A stretch of DNA of 64,000 bases from Candidatus Fermentibacterota bacterium (GTDB lineage Bacteria > Fermentibacterota > Fermentibacteria > Fermentibacterales > JCC-6): assembly GCA_963845085.1 (NCBI GenBank), contig CAWJQI010000004.1:224001-288000 (forward strand), read 5' to 3'. Position 1 is the stretch's first letter. Each line of letters starts with the position of its first letter. Position numbers and translations under genes: made by a program. Of this stretch, positions 9,387 to 19,258 are shown piece after piece. The notes under the pieces were generated by a model that was not told the origin of the DNA, did not search any database, and worked only from the letters and a program-made list of their open reading frames with translations.

Positions 9387-11473
9387 ACCGGACCCTCAAG
9401 CGCATCGAGGCCTGGCTGGGGCCGTTCCTTCTGCTCGGAGCGCTGTTCTATTTCTTCTTCAACCTCCTCCCGATATGGAAACCAAGGCTTGTCGCCTTCT
9501 GGCAGGAAGCCGGCGGGAAGGCGGACTGGTCCTACCTCGTCCTGTCTTTCTTCTGCCTCGCCCTCGGGTACTATTTTGCCCCCCTTGCATGGCAGCGCAT
9601 CCTGGCAGCGCTCCGAACCCCCGGCATCGACCGCGGCAGGCTGCGCAGGAACTGGTTCATGACCCAGATGGGAAGCTACATCCCCGGGCGTCTATGGATG
9701 GTGCTGGGCAGGGTTGCCTTTCTGAATGCGAACGGGGCCGGCTCGGTCAAGGCGGCAACAGCACTCGTTCTTGAGAACATCTATCTCCTGGCCGCCCTTG
9801 GGCTTATCACAGCCCTTGCGCTTCCCTTCGTGAGCGTCGTTTCGCTCCCGGCAGGACTCACCGTCGCCCTCTGGATCTCTGCGGTTCTTGGGGGGCTCAT
9901 GCTGCTGGCGCCCGGCATCCAGCGGCTGTTCGCGAGGAAGCTCGCGCACCGGCTCGGCACGAAGGTTGACGAACTCCCGCACATCAGCCACAGACATCAG
10001 GCTCAGTTCATCGGAAGCCACATCCTTTCCTGGTCGCTCCGAGGTCTCGGGCTGTACTTCTGGTTCCGGGGATTTGGAGTGCCCCGCTCCGAGCCCGCCC
10101 ATGCGCTGCTCATCCTCTGCATCATCGCCTCCCCGGCATCCTGGCTTGCATCGCTGCTGATGGTCTTCATACCGGGCGGGATAGGTGTGAGGGAGTCGGT
10201 CCAGGCGCTCATGGTTGCAAGTTTCGTGCCGGGCGGGCTTGCGGTTGCAACAGCGGTGGCCCTGGGTCAGCGGATCATGCTGGTGCTTGTCGAGGGCGGT
10301 TTTGCCCTCACTGCACTGATCCACCAGACCCTGTACAAGCATTTCCCGATCAGGATGAACCACTGCAGCCAGCTCCTCAACCTGTTTGTCAGCGTAAACC
10401 GGGCGTGGTGGGCAAGGCTCGGGCTGGTCACCCCGCCAAGGCCGATAAACGTCACGTTCTCGGTTACAAGAAGGTGCCAGTCCCGATGCCGGACCTGCTT
10501 CATCTGGAAGCACGAGAGCGGCAACGAGCTCTCACTTCAGCAGGTGGAGGCCCTGTTCCGTTCGATCGGATGGACATACTTCTTCAACATCTCCGGCGGC
10601 GAACCGTTCCTGAGGCAGGAGCTGCCCGAGATCATCGGCCTTGCCTGCAGGTACATGCGCCCGGCGGTGATCCACATTCCCACCAACGCCCTCGCCCCCG
10701 AAAGAATTGAGGCCATGACGGTGAGGATCCTCGAGATCATCGCCAGGGAGGCGCCCGGAACGGTTCTCACAATAAAGCCCAGCATGGACGGTGTGGGAAC
10801 TGCTCACGATGAAACAAGGGGTGTTCCCGGGAACTTCGAGAAACTGCTGGACACGCTTGCGCGGCTGAAACGCCTCAGAGACGGCCACAAATACCTGCAT
10901 GTCGGGGTCGGCACGGTCATTTCCCGCTACAACGCAGGCGAACTCGCAGGGATCATCGAGTTCGCGGGCACACTCGGTGTCGATACCTACATCAACGAGG
11001 TTGCGGAGGAACGCGAGGAGTTCTTCAACATCGGAAGCGGGATCACCCCTCCGGGGGAGGACTATGCCAGGATCATGGAGACGTTCAAACTGGCCGTAAG
11101 ACGCCGCATGAAGGGAATGCGTCCGCTTTCCCGCATAACCACCGCGATGCGGCTGGTCTACTACGACATCGTAACCGAGTACCTTCGCACCGGGAAGCAG
11201 GTGATCCCCTGCTACGCGGCACTGCTGAACGTTCACATCAACTCTGACGGCGGCATCTGGCCGTGCGCCATTCTCGCCTACAGGGGGCAGATGGGATCGG
11301 TGGGCGACAACGCCGACTTCCATGACATCTGGACCTCGGACGACGCGGCCCGCATCAGGGCTTCCATCAGAAGGAAGGAATGCGGGTGCCCGCTGGCCAA
11401 CCAGGCCTACTCGAACATCCTGCTCCACCCGAAGAGCCTGCTCAGGGTGATCTGGATCGCGCTTACAGCCTAG
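9380..11473 (+). CDS. Fusion: UPF0104 flippase-like membrane domain plus radical SAM domain with SPASM/twitch-like tail
   Basis: TQMGSYIPGRLW and IPGGIGVRE, then CQSRCRTC, ISGGEPFLR, SMDG..HDETRG, PCYAA..DGGIWPC..CGC, all in one frame. Confidence 0.85.
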   Translation: MLNRTLKRIEAWLGPFLLLGALFYFFFNLLPIWKPRLVAFWQEAGGKADWSYLVLSFFCLALGYYFAPLAWQRILAALRTPGIDRGRLRRNWFMTQMGSYIPGRLWMVLGRVAFLNANGAGSVKAATALVLENIYLLAALGLITALALPFVSVVSLPAGLTVALWISAVLGGLMLLAPGIQRLFARKLAHRLGTKVDELPHISHRHQAQFIGSHILSWSLRGLGLYFWFRGFGVPRSEPAHALLILCIIASPASWLASLLMVFIPGGIGVRESVQALMVASFVPGGLAVATAVALGQRIMLVLVEGGFALTALIHQTLYKHFPIRMNHCSQLLNLFVSVNRAWWARLGLVTPPRPINVTFSVTRRCQSRCRTCFIWKHESGNELSLQQVEALFRSIGWTYFFNISGGEPFLRQELPEIIGLACRYMRPAVIHIPTNALAPERIEAMTVRILEIIAREAPGTVLTIKPSMDGVGTAHDETRGVPGNFEKLLDTLARLKRLRDGHKYLHVGVGTVISRYNAGELAGIIEFAGTLGVDTYINEVAEEREEFFNIGSGITPPGEDYARIMETFKLAVRRRMKGMRPLSRITTAMRLVYYDIVTEYLRTGKQVIPCYAALLNVHINSDGGIWPCAILAYRGQMGSVGDNADFHDIWTSDDAARIRASIRRKECGCPLANQAYSNILLHPKSLLRVIWIALTA

Positions 11474-12060
11474 GCCCGAAGGACCTCCCGGCCTTCTACC
11501 GTGAGTTTGATCATCGTGGAGGTCTTTCTGCGCGCGAGCTTTCCGCCGTCAAGCATCAGATCGACCCCAGAAGCAAGCTTCAGGCTTACCTCGTCAAGCC
11601 CCAGCGGCTCGGCTCCTCCCCTCATGTTGGCGCTCGTTGTAAGAAGGGGCATCACGGATTCAAGGATTTTCACCGACAGGGGATCTGAGGGAACCCTGAG
11701 CGCCACGGAGCCGTCCGGGGCACAAACCCATGCGGGCGCCCTGTCCGATGAGGGCAGGACAAGGGTAACCGGGCCGGGCCAGCTTTCCTTCATCAGTTCC
11801 GCAGCTCCCGGAATGTCAGTCGACAGTGCCTTTGCCGCTTCTATCGACGGAACCAGAAGTATGAACGGCCTTTCCTCGTTGTACCCCTTCAGCCTTCCAA
11901 CCCTTCTCACGGAATGCTGCATAGCCGCAGGGCAGAGAACGCCGTACACCGTGTCGGAGGGGTAGATCACGAGACCACCGCCAAGAAGGACCGATGAAGC
12001 CATGTTCACCGCCATGGAAGCGGGATTCTCAATATCGACGGCAAGAGTTCTAGCGGACAT
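11470..12060 (-). CDS. tsaC: L-threonylcarbamoyladenylate synthase (Sua5/YrdC)
   Basis: YPSDTVYG, LKG, WPGPVTLVL, VALRVP, TTSAN. Confidence 0.9.
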   Translation of the reverse strand: MSARTLAVDIENPASMAVNMASSVLLGGGLVIYPSDTVYGVLCPAAMQHSVRRVGRLKGYNEERPFILLVPSIEAAKALSTDIPGAAELMKESWPGPVTLVLPSSDRAPAWVCAPDGSVALRVPSDPLSVKILESVMPLLTTSANMRGGAEPLGLDEVSLKLASGVDLMLDGGKLARRKTSTMIKLTVEGREVLRA

Positions 12061-12496
12061 TCCCATCCATCCTTCCGGCAACGCCTTCATCGAAGAGGGC
12101 GATTATCCGCGCAGCGAGGTGAGCAGCGTTTGCCGCTCCGTGTGAGCCGATGGCCACCGTGGCCACAGGTACGCCCTTTGGCATCATGACCGTGCTGAGA
12201 AGGGCATCGAAACCGTTAAGGGGACCTCCCTGGATCGGAACCCCGATCACGGGAAGCCTTGTGTTCGCCGCAACGGCGCCCGCCAGGTGTGCTGCAAGGC
12301 CCGCGGCGGCGATGATCACCTTCAGCCCCCGGGAAGCCGCCGATCGTGAATACTCAGCCACCTGCTCCGGCGTTCTGTGAGCGCTCATGACGGAAAGCTC
12401 CCATGGGATCCCGTATTCGTCCAGAACACCGCAGGTTCTTTCCATGGTCTCCCTGTCGCTTTCGCTGCCCATCAGGATGCCCACAAGAGTGTTCAT
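12050..12496 (-). CDS. purE: N5-CAIR mutase
   Basis: GILMGSESD, SAHRTP, AGLAAHLAG, LLSTVMMPKGVPVATVAI. Confidence 0.96.
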   Translation of the reverse strand: MNTLVGILMGSESDRETMERTCGVLDEYGIPWELSVMSAHRTPEQVAEYSRSAASRGLKVIIAAAGLAAHLAGAVAANTRLPVIGVPIQGGPLNGFDALLSTVMMPKGVPVATVAIGSHGAANAAHLAARIIALFDEGVAGRMDGNVR

Positions 12497-13707
12497 CGCG
12501 ACCTCCCTATGTCTTTTCTGTACACCATTCCATCAAAACTGACCGCTCGCACGGCGGCATAACTCTTCTCCAGGGCTTCCCCGAGGTCCTTCCCCGTGGC
12601 GGCCAGCCCCAGTACCCTGCCTCCCGCGGTGACAATACGCCCGTCCTTCATTTCGGTTCCGGAATGAAAGACAATTGCCCCGTTCACTGCTTCAAGGCCA
12701 TGGACCGGCAGCCCCTTCGCGAAGGAGCCGGGATAGCCGCCGGACGCAACGACCACCACGGCGGACGCCCCCGGCAGGACGACCGGTTCTGGAAGCCTTT
12801 CCCCGAGGGCGGCCGCCATGAAAAGGCCCGCCAGATCGCCCCCGAGCAGGGGCAATACAGCCTGCGCCTCAGGGTCTCCGAAGCGAACGTTGAACTCGAG
12901 CACTTTCGGCCCGCGCGGCGTGAGAATCATCCCGGCGTAGAGCAACCCTCTGAAATCCATCCCGCGACGGTTCAGCTCTCTGAGAACGGGAAGGAAGACG
13001 AGTTCTTTCATCTCCGAGGAGAACCCGCTGCCGATGCCGTCCGGCGGGCAGACAGCCCCCATGCCGCCCGTGTTGGGGCCTGTGTCACCCTCTCCTATGC
13101 GCTTGTGGTCGCGGCTCGGCGGCATCATGACCGCCTCGTTACCGCTGCAGACCGCCATAACGCTCACCTCGGGGCCGCTCAGCCTCTCCTCCAGAACCAC
13201 CCTGCCGGGCGGCGCTGACAAAAAGCCTGTGAGCGCTGCTTCTGCTTCCGATACTGAAGAGGGAAGAACAACCCCCTTGCCGGCACAAAGGCCGTCAGCC
13301 TTGATCACCCAATCAAGGGGCTTCCCATCGATCAATGCAAGCGCTTCGCCGGGGCTCTGAAACATGCTGCCCGCTGCGGTGGGCACACCGGCTGCGACCA
13401 TTATCTCCTTTGCGAACCACTTGCTGCTTTCCAGCCTCGCGCAGTCGGCACCCGGACCGAAGCAGGGGATCCCGGCCCTGCGCAGCCTGTCGCCAAGACC
13501 GGCTGCAAGGGGCGCTTCGGGTCCCACAACAACAAGGTCAACCCGGTGGTCCATCGCCGCCTGCAGGGGATCACACGGAAGGTTGAGGGCGAACTCGGCG
13601 GTTCCGGGGTTCCCGGGACAGACCAGCACGCTGTTTTCCCCGCCGCGATTCAGCGCCCATGCAAGGGCGTGCTCCCTGCCGCCGCTTCCGACCACGAGAA
13701 TTGTCAT
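12493..13707 (-). CDS. purD: Phosphoribosylamine-glycine ligase
   Basis: VGSGGREHAL, GPEAPL, KADGLCAGKGV, DHKR..GPNTGGMG, EFNVRFGDPE. Confidence 0.96.
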   Translation of the reverse strand: MTILVVGSGGREHALAWALNRGGENSVLVCPGNPGTAEFALNLPCDPLQAAMDHRVDLVVVGPEAPLAAGLGDRLRRAGIPCFGPGADCARLESSKWFAKEIMVAAGVPTAAGSMFQSPGEALALIDGKPLDWVIKADGLCAGKGVVLPSSVSEAEAALTGFLSAPPGRVVLEERLSGPEVSVMAVCSGNEAVMMPPSRDHKRIGEGDTGPNTGGMGAVCPPDGIGSGFSSEMKELVFLPVLRELNRRGMDFRGLLYAGMILTPRGPKVLEFNVRFGDPEAQAVLPLLGGDLAGLFMAAALGERLPEPVVLPGASAVVVVASGGYPGSFAKGLPVHGLEAVNGAIVFHSGTEMKDGRIVTAGGRVLGLAATGKDLGEALEKSYAAVRAVSFDGMVYRKDIGRSR

Positions 13708-14519
13708 TTTGTTCCGCCCTCTTCACGGAATGTGTTCTCCGGACCGGGAAATCCGCCTGAAATGACTTCTCTGGCGTAGTTTCCCACGGCTTCAAGGATG
13801 ACGCCGTTCAAGTCGGCGTAGGTTCGCAGGAACCGGGGCCTGAACGAGGGATCCAGCCCGAGAATGTCGGTTACAACGAGAATCTGGCCGTCGACGAAGC
13901 GGCCGGCCCCGATCCCGATCACAGGTACGGGAACCCTTTCCGTGACCTCCCTTGCCAGCTCCTCCTCAACACCCTCGAGCACGAGGCTGAACACCCCGGC
14001 TGAGACCAGTGCGTCGCACTGGCGAAGCAGCTCATCACGGTTTTCACGGCGGACCACACGGTAGCCGCCATCCATTCGCACCGACTGTGGTAGAAGCCCG
14101 GCATGGCCCATCACGGGTATGCCCGATTCGGTGATGGCGCGCACTCTGCGAACCATGCGGGGGTTTCCGCCCTCGAGCTTCACTGCGTCCACCCCCGCCT
14201 CGGAGAGGAACCTCGAGGCGTTGTGGACGGCCTGGGCACAGGATTCCTGGTAGCTTCCGAAGGGCATGTCGCCCACCACGAGCACCCCCGGCGCCCCCCG
14301 GCTGACCGCGCCCGAAATTGCCAGAAGTACGTCGAGGGAGGCCCCCAGGGTGGTTTCCCCGCCAAGCAAAGCCATCTGGAAAGAGTCTCCGACCAGGATC
14401 AGATGAACCCCGGCGAGTGCTTCGATTCTTGCGGTATGGAAGTCGTAGGCGGTCAGGGCCACGATCTTCTCGCCCCTGGTCTTCATGGACCCGAGGCTCC
14501 TCACGGTGACACCGGGCAT
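13704..14519 (-). CDS. panB: 3-methyl-2-oxobutanoate hydroxymethyltransferase
   Basis: LTAYD, ILVGDS, DMPFGSY, AVKLEGG, IGIGAG, DGQILV; ATG 14519 with GGGAGG RBS. Confidence 0.95.
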   Translation of the reverse strand: MPGVTVRSLGSMKTRGEKIVALTAYDFHTARIEALAGVHLILVGDSFQMALLGGETTLGASLDVLLAISGAVSRGAPGVLVVGDMPFGSYQESCAQAVHNASRFLSEAGVDAVKLEGGNPRMVRRVRAITESGIPVMGHAGLLPQSVRMDGGYRVVRRENRDELLRQCDALVSAGVFSLVLEGVEEELAREVTERVPVPVIGIGAGRFVDGQILVVTDILGLDPSFRPRFLRTYADLNGVILEAVGNYAREVISGGFPGPENTFREEGGTK

Positions 14520-14562
14520 GCCGTCCTCCCATCGCTTTGGAAAACTACGGGATAATAACAGG

Positions 14563-15453
14563 CTATCCCTGGATTTGAAACCTTCGGGGAACGAACACCG
14601 CGAGAAAGGCCACCACAGCGAACAGGTAGCCGACCGCGACATCGGTTGCGTAGTGCTCGCCGCCGTAGAGTATCTCGAAGCTGATCCCGAGAAGGATCAG
14701 AAGCGTCCACCAGCTTCTGCGGAAGCCCAGTTCCCTCATGAGAACAAGTGTCATGAGCATCGGAACACCTGCGTGCAGCGACGGCATGGCAGCCCTCGGG
14801 CTCATGGAGAAGTTGCCCACGAGGAAGTGCGGCATGAAATCGTTCAGTGCGCGGAACATGCAGCGGTCGAGGTTCGGTACGCCCCCCTCGAGGGCCTGCA
14901 TCCAGGGAGGGGTGAGCGGCCAGAGCACGTAGGTTGCATAACCGAGCGTTGTGAGGAGGGCAAATGCCGTCACCGTTCGGCGCATCGCGGTGTCGCCGCC
15001 CCGTTTCCAGGCGAGCAGGGGTGTAAGAAGTGGTATCAGAAAGAACGAGGCATGCAGCCCTGCGAACACGTAGTCGAACCAGCGGGTCTGCCCACGGCAG
15101 CCCAGTTGTTCCTGAAGCCACACCGGGGGAAGAACGCCGAAAATTCTTTCCTCGAACACCGCCACATTCAGACCGTTGAAGCTGCCGTGCCAGGTGCTCA
15201 CCACGAAACGCAATGCCCAGTAGCAGCACCCGAGGAACGCGAAGCTCACCAGCATGGGGCTCCAGCGCGGCAGACGGCGTGAACCGTACAGCATGGAGAA
15301 CACAAGCCAGACAGGGATCAGGATGGGAAACCTGGGAACAAGGCGCAACAGGGGTATGACTGCCATCAGAACCGCATACGAGCCGGTGATGACAAGCCAG
15401 AAAAGGTCAAGCCGGTCCGACGGGGACCTCTCTGTTCCGTTGCGGTTCATCAC
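14563..15453 (-). CDS. PAP2-superfamily membrane phosphotransferase (IPC-synthase/Aur1-like)
   Basis: PLTPPW, AAMPSLH, GEHYATD motifs; multi-pass. Confidence 0.78.
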   Translation of the reverse strand: MMNRNGTERSPSDRLDLFWLVITGSYAVLMAVIPLLRLVPRFPILIPVWLVFSMLYGSRRLPRWSPMLVSFAFLGCCYWALRFVVSTWHGSFNGLNVAVFEERIFGVLPPVWLQEQLGCRGQTRWFDYVFAGLHASFFLIPLLTPLLAWKRGGDTAMRRTVTAFALLTTLGYATYVLWPLTPPWMQALEGGVPNLDRCMFRALNDFMPHFLVGNFSMSPRAAMPSLHAGVPMLMTLVLMRELGFRRSWWTLLILLGISFEILYGGEHYATDVAVGYLFAVVAFLAVFVPRRFQIQG

Positions 15454-15688
15454 CCCTCCGATAAAAGCGGGAGGGGGCCAGGGACTGAAGAATGATACAG
15501 AGAGTCAGGGTTAAAGGACTTGTACGGCCGGCCGGTCTGACAGGCTTCCCCGTGGGGCGCTTGCGACACGGCGGGGCGATGCCTTCATCAGTAACCTAAT
15601 CGCACTCTCAGGCGATGGCCCCCATGGGCATATATTACCCTCCAACCAGGGCGGGGTCAAACCCCCCGAAACCGTGTGAGGGAAACCC

Positions 15689-17122
15689 ATGGCAAAGAAC
15701 ATCACGAGCCCTGAAAAGGACTTCGCCAGATGGTACCAGGATGTGATCAGGGAGGCGGAACTGGCCGACTCCGCGCCTGTGCGGGGCTGCATGGTGATCC
15801 GTCCCTACGGGTATGCAATCTGGGAGCTCATGCAGAGCGATCTTGACCGCAGGTTCAAGGCCACCGGCCACACCAACGCCTACTTCCCGCTCTTCATTCC
15901 GCAGAGCTTCATCAACAAGGAAGCCCAGCACGTAGAGGGTTTCTCGCCCGAACTCGCGGTGGTGACCCACGCCGGCGGCAAGCTGCTCGAAGAGCCCCTT
16001 GTTGTCCGCCCTACCAGCGAGACCATCATCAACCACATGTTCAGCAAGTGGATCGGAAGCTATCGCGACCTGCCCATGCTTCTGAATCAGTGGGCCAACG
16101 TGGTGCGCTGGGAGCTCCGCCCAAGGGCGTTCCTCAGAACCACCGAGTTCCTGTGGCAGGAGGGGCACACCGCCCACGCCACCGAGCAGGAGGCCCGCGA
16201 AGAAACAATGCGGATGCTTCAGGTCTACTCGGATTTCATGCACCAGATCGCCGCAATACCCGTGATCCCCGGCAGGAAGACCGAGCGCGAGCGCTTCGCC
16301 GGCGCTGTCGACACTTACACCATCGAAGCCATGATGGGTAACGGCTGGGCACTTCAGGGAGGAACCAGCCATTACCTGGGAACGAACTTCGCAAAGGTGT
16401 TCGAGACCACCTTCCTTGATCGCGACAACCAGAGGCGCTTCGTTCATCAGAGCAGCTGGGGCGTCAGCACCCGTCTCGTGGGGGCCGTCATAATGGCGCA
16501 CGGTGATGCGAACGGCCTCAGGCTTCCGCCCCGCATCGCTCCGGTCCAGGCAGTAATCATCCCGATAGGTCTTCAGGACCCCAGGGCCCCCGAGGTGATG
16601 GAAACCGCAGATGCATTGGCAAGGGATCTTGTCGCCCGAGGCGTGAGGGCATCGGTCGACGGCCGTGACAACATGAGCCCGGGCTTCAAGTTCAACCACT
16701 GGGAGGTCAGGGGTGTCCCCCTGCGCATCGAGCTGGGTCCCAGGGACCTCGACGCCGCCCAGGCCACCCTTGCCCGGAGGAACGGGAAAGAGAAGTTCAC
16801 GCTGCCCCTTGAGGGCATTGCCGACGCTGTCCCGGCCCTTCTCGACAGCATTCACACAGGAATGCTCGAAGAGGCCGGGAGATTCAGGGAGAGCCGTACA
16901 TTCGATGTCGAAACCTTCGACGAGTTCAAACGGCTTCTTCCGGAACAGCCCGGTTTCTACAGGGTGTGGTGGGACGGCACGGCGGAAGAGGAAAACCGTA
17001 TCCAGGAGGAGACGAGCGCAACGGTTCGCTGCATACCCCTGGACCAGCCCGGCGGGGAGGGCAGATGCTTCATCTCCGGCAGGAAAACCACTACAAGGGC
17101 GATTGTAGCCCGGGCATACTGA
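15689..17122 (+). CDS. proS: Proline-tRNA ligase, archaeal/eukaryotic type
   Basis: RPYGYAIWE, HVEGFSPE, RPTSET, QWANVVRWE, FLRTTEFLWQEGHT, C-terminal ARAY; no INS editing insertion. Confidence 0.97.
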   Translation: MAKNITSPEKDFARWYQDVIREAELADSAPVRGCMVIRPYGYAIWELMQSDLDRRFKATGHTNAYFPLFIPQSFINKEAQHVEGFSPELAVVTHAGGKLLEEPLVVRPTSETIINHMFSKWIGSYRDLPMLLNQWANVVRWELRPRAFLRTTEFLWQEGHTAHATEQEAREETMRMLQVYSDFMHQIAAIPVIPGRKTERERFAGAVDTYTIEAMMGNGWALQGGTSHYLGTNFAKVFETTFLDRDNQRRFVHQSSWGVSTRLVGAVIMAHGDANGLRLPPRIAPVQAVIIPIGLQDPRAPEVMETADALARDLVARGVRASVDGRDNMSPGFKFNHWEVRGVPLRIELGPRDLDAAQATLARRNGKEKFTLPLEGIADAVPALLDSIHTGMLEEAGRFRESRTFDVETFDEFKRLLPEQPGFYRVWWDGTAEEENRIQEETSATVRCIPLDQPGGEGRCFISGRKTTTRAIVARAY

Positions 17123-17123
17123 C

Positions 17124-18641
17124 ATGAAGGAGCGGAGGGGGATCATTCCCCTTCTCCTCCTCAGTTTTGTGGTATCGGCAGCGGTCCTGTGGCCGCTGCC
17201 CCTTTCCCCCGACCCTTACGACCACAGCGACACCCTTTTCAACACCTGGCTCACGGCCTGGAACCATCACGCGATGACCGCGTTCAGCAATCCGTTGAAC
17301 ACGCCGCAGTTCGCGGGCTTTCCCGACGGCAGGGGCAGAAGCGACCTGCTCCTCGCCCAGTGGCTATTCTCCCTGCCGCTGCGGGCTTTTACCGGCAACC
17401 CGATCCGCATCCACAACCTTCTCATGTGGATCAGCCTTTCGCTCACCGGCCTTGCCGCCGGGTTCCTGGCGCGGGACAGGGGAGCTTCGGGCTGGGGTGC
17501 CGCCTTTGCCTCAACCGCATTCGTATCGCTGCCCTACTTCCAGAGCCACCTCTGGCACCTGCAGCTCTCCTCCGTCGGGCTCACGCTGGCGGGGATCATG
17601 TTCGCCCTCCGCACGGTCGAGGGGAGAGGCGGCGGAAAGCTTCTTGCGCTGCTGATCCCTCTGCAGGGGCTTGCCTCCCTCTACCACTGGTATTTCCTTA
17701 ACCTCGCGCTTCTCGTGATCCTTGTCCGCACGCTCTTTACCGCGGACAGGGCGAAGATCGGGGGCCTTCTTCTCTACACCGCACTGGGCAATGCGATCAT
17801 GCTTCCATTCCTTCTGCCGCAGCTGGATAACGCAGCCAGATGGGATGTCGACACCATCGCAAGCACCGATGTTTCGGCCTATGCAAGCCCCTGGCACACA
17901 AGCTTCCTGACGGGCTGGCTCAGAACCCCCCACGCCCATCCCGAGGCTGCGCTCTGGCCTGGTCTTTCCGTCCTCGCGGGCGCCGGTTGGGCAGTTTATC
18001 GAAGGAACGCCGGAGGAAGCATGGTGCTTCTGATACTTGGCGTCTTCTTCGCCGCGTACAGCCTCGGTCCCACGATCACCCTCTGGGGCAGGGAAATCGC
18101 CCCCGGGCCTTTCCGATTGATCGCCGCCCTGCCGGGAGGAACGGCTGTCAGGCTTCCGGCAAGGGCAGGCTGCCTGGCCCTGCTCCCCCTGATTGTCGCG
18201 GCGGCACGGCAACTTGGGCGCAAGCCCTTCCCAGCGATCGCCGCGATGGTCGTCACACTCGCCGAGGCCGCCCACCCGCCCATCCCGACCATCCGTCTCG
18301 ACATTCCGGCGCATCACGAATGGATCGCCGGCCAGCACCCGCAGAGAGTGCTTTACATCCCGGTCTCAGAGGAGCTCGGATGGCCCGAAAAAGAAACTCA
18401 GCGCCTGTACTGGTCAACGCTTCACTTCACCCCGAGCGTGAACGGCTACAGCACGAGTTTCCCGGAAGGTTATGCCAGGGCCGCTGCCATCCTCAACACA
18501 TGGCCTTCCGAAGACGCGGTGACACTGGCCGTGCGGCTCGGGGTCGACCTTGTCATAATAGAGGGCGGAGTTCCGGACGATGCCGACGAAACCTGGTTCG
18601 ACGGAAAAACATGGGCGGGAGCCGTATGGCTGGCCCGATGA
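17124..18641 (+). CDS. Polytopic membrane protein, putative GT-C/YfhO-like
   Basis: SDTLFNTWLTAW, YSLGP, RLPAR, VNGYS motifs; many TM segments. Confidence 0.65.
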   Translation: MKERRGIIPLLLLSFVVSAAVLWPLPLSPDPYDHSDTLFNTWLTAWNHHAMTAFSNPLNTPQFAGFPDGRGRSDLLLAQWLFSLPLRAFTGNPIRIHNLLMWISLSLTGLAAGFLARDRGASGWGAAFASTAFVSLPYFQSHLWHLQLSSVGLTLAGIMFALRTVEGRGGGKLLALLIPLQGLASLYHWYFLNLALLVILVRTLFTADRAKIGGLLLYTALGNAIMLPFLLPQLDNAARWDVDTIASTDVSAYASPWHTSFLTGWLRTPHAHPEAALWPGLSVLAGAGWAVYRRNAGGSMVLLILGVFFAAYSLGPTITLWGREIAPGPFRLIAALPGGTAVRLPARAGCLALLPLIVAAARQLGRKPFPAIAAMVVTLAEAAHPPIPTIRLDIPAHHEWIAGQHPQRVLYIPVSEELGWPEKETQRLYWSTLHFTPSVNGYSTSFPEGYARAAAILNTWPSEDAVTLAVRLGVDLVIIEGGVPDDADETWFDGKTWAGAVWLAR

Positions 18642-18651
18642 AGGGGCGACA

Positions 18652-19227
18652 ATGGAAACTGTTGCAAGCGTTCTGATAGGCATCGGCCTCAGCGCCACCT
18701 GCGGTTTCAGGATCTTCGTCCCCCTTCTCGTCATGAGCATCGCGGGACAGCTCAACCTTCTCGAACTCTCGCCGGCCTTTGCATGGATCGAAAGCGTTCC
18801 CGCACTCATCGCGTTCGGAGTGGCAACAGTCCTCGAGCTGCTCGCCTACCTCATCCCACTGGTTGACAACGCACTGAATGCGGTGACAATTCCCCTTACC
18901 GTCGTAGCGGGCACGGTGATCACTGCGGCCGTGATACTCGACCTGAACCCATTCCTCACTTGGACGCTGGCAGTGATAGCGGGCGGAGGTGCATCCCTCG
19001 CCGGCAGCGCGGCCAGCAATCTCCTTCACGGCGGTTCAACGGCGGCAACGGGGGGCGCGGCCAACCCGGTGCTTTCAGCCGTGGAAAGCGTGTTCTCAGC
19101 GATAATGTCGGTGCTTTCCGTGCTGGTGCCTGTTCTTGCAGTGATCCTGCTGGCACTTGCAGCGATATTTGGCTACAGGCTTCTGAAGAACATGGGCATC
19201 TTTCGGAGAAAAACGGCAGCGGCATAG
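18652..19227 (+). CDS. DUF4126-family membrane protein
   Basis: GIGLSATCGFRIFVPLL, LAYLIPLVDNAL, TGGAANPVLSAVE. Confidence 0.85.
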   Translation: METVASVLIGIGLSATCGFRIFVPLLVMSIAGQLNLLELSPAFAWIESVPALIAFGVATVLELLAYLIPLVDNALNAVTIPLTVVAGTVITAAVILDLNPFLTWTLAVIAGGGASLAGSAASNLLHGGSTAATGGAANPVLSAVESVFSAIMSVLSVLVPVLAVILLALAAIFGYRLLKNMGIFRRKTAAA

Positions 19228-19258
19228 GCCGACCGGGATCGGGCAACCCGCCGGCCGT

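Noticed and set aside
15454..15688. T-box leader upstream of proS
   Set aside because: No T-box consensus (GGTGGNACC) or terminator/antiterminator seen.
15635..17146. 503-aa minus-strand ORF and similar long antisense ORFs elsewhere
   Set aside because: Opposite proS and other clear genes; expected in high-GC DNA and lacking motifs.
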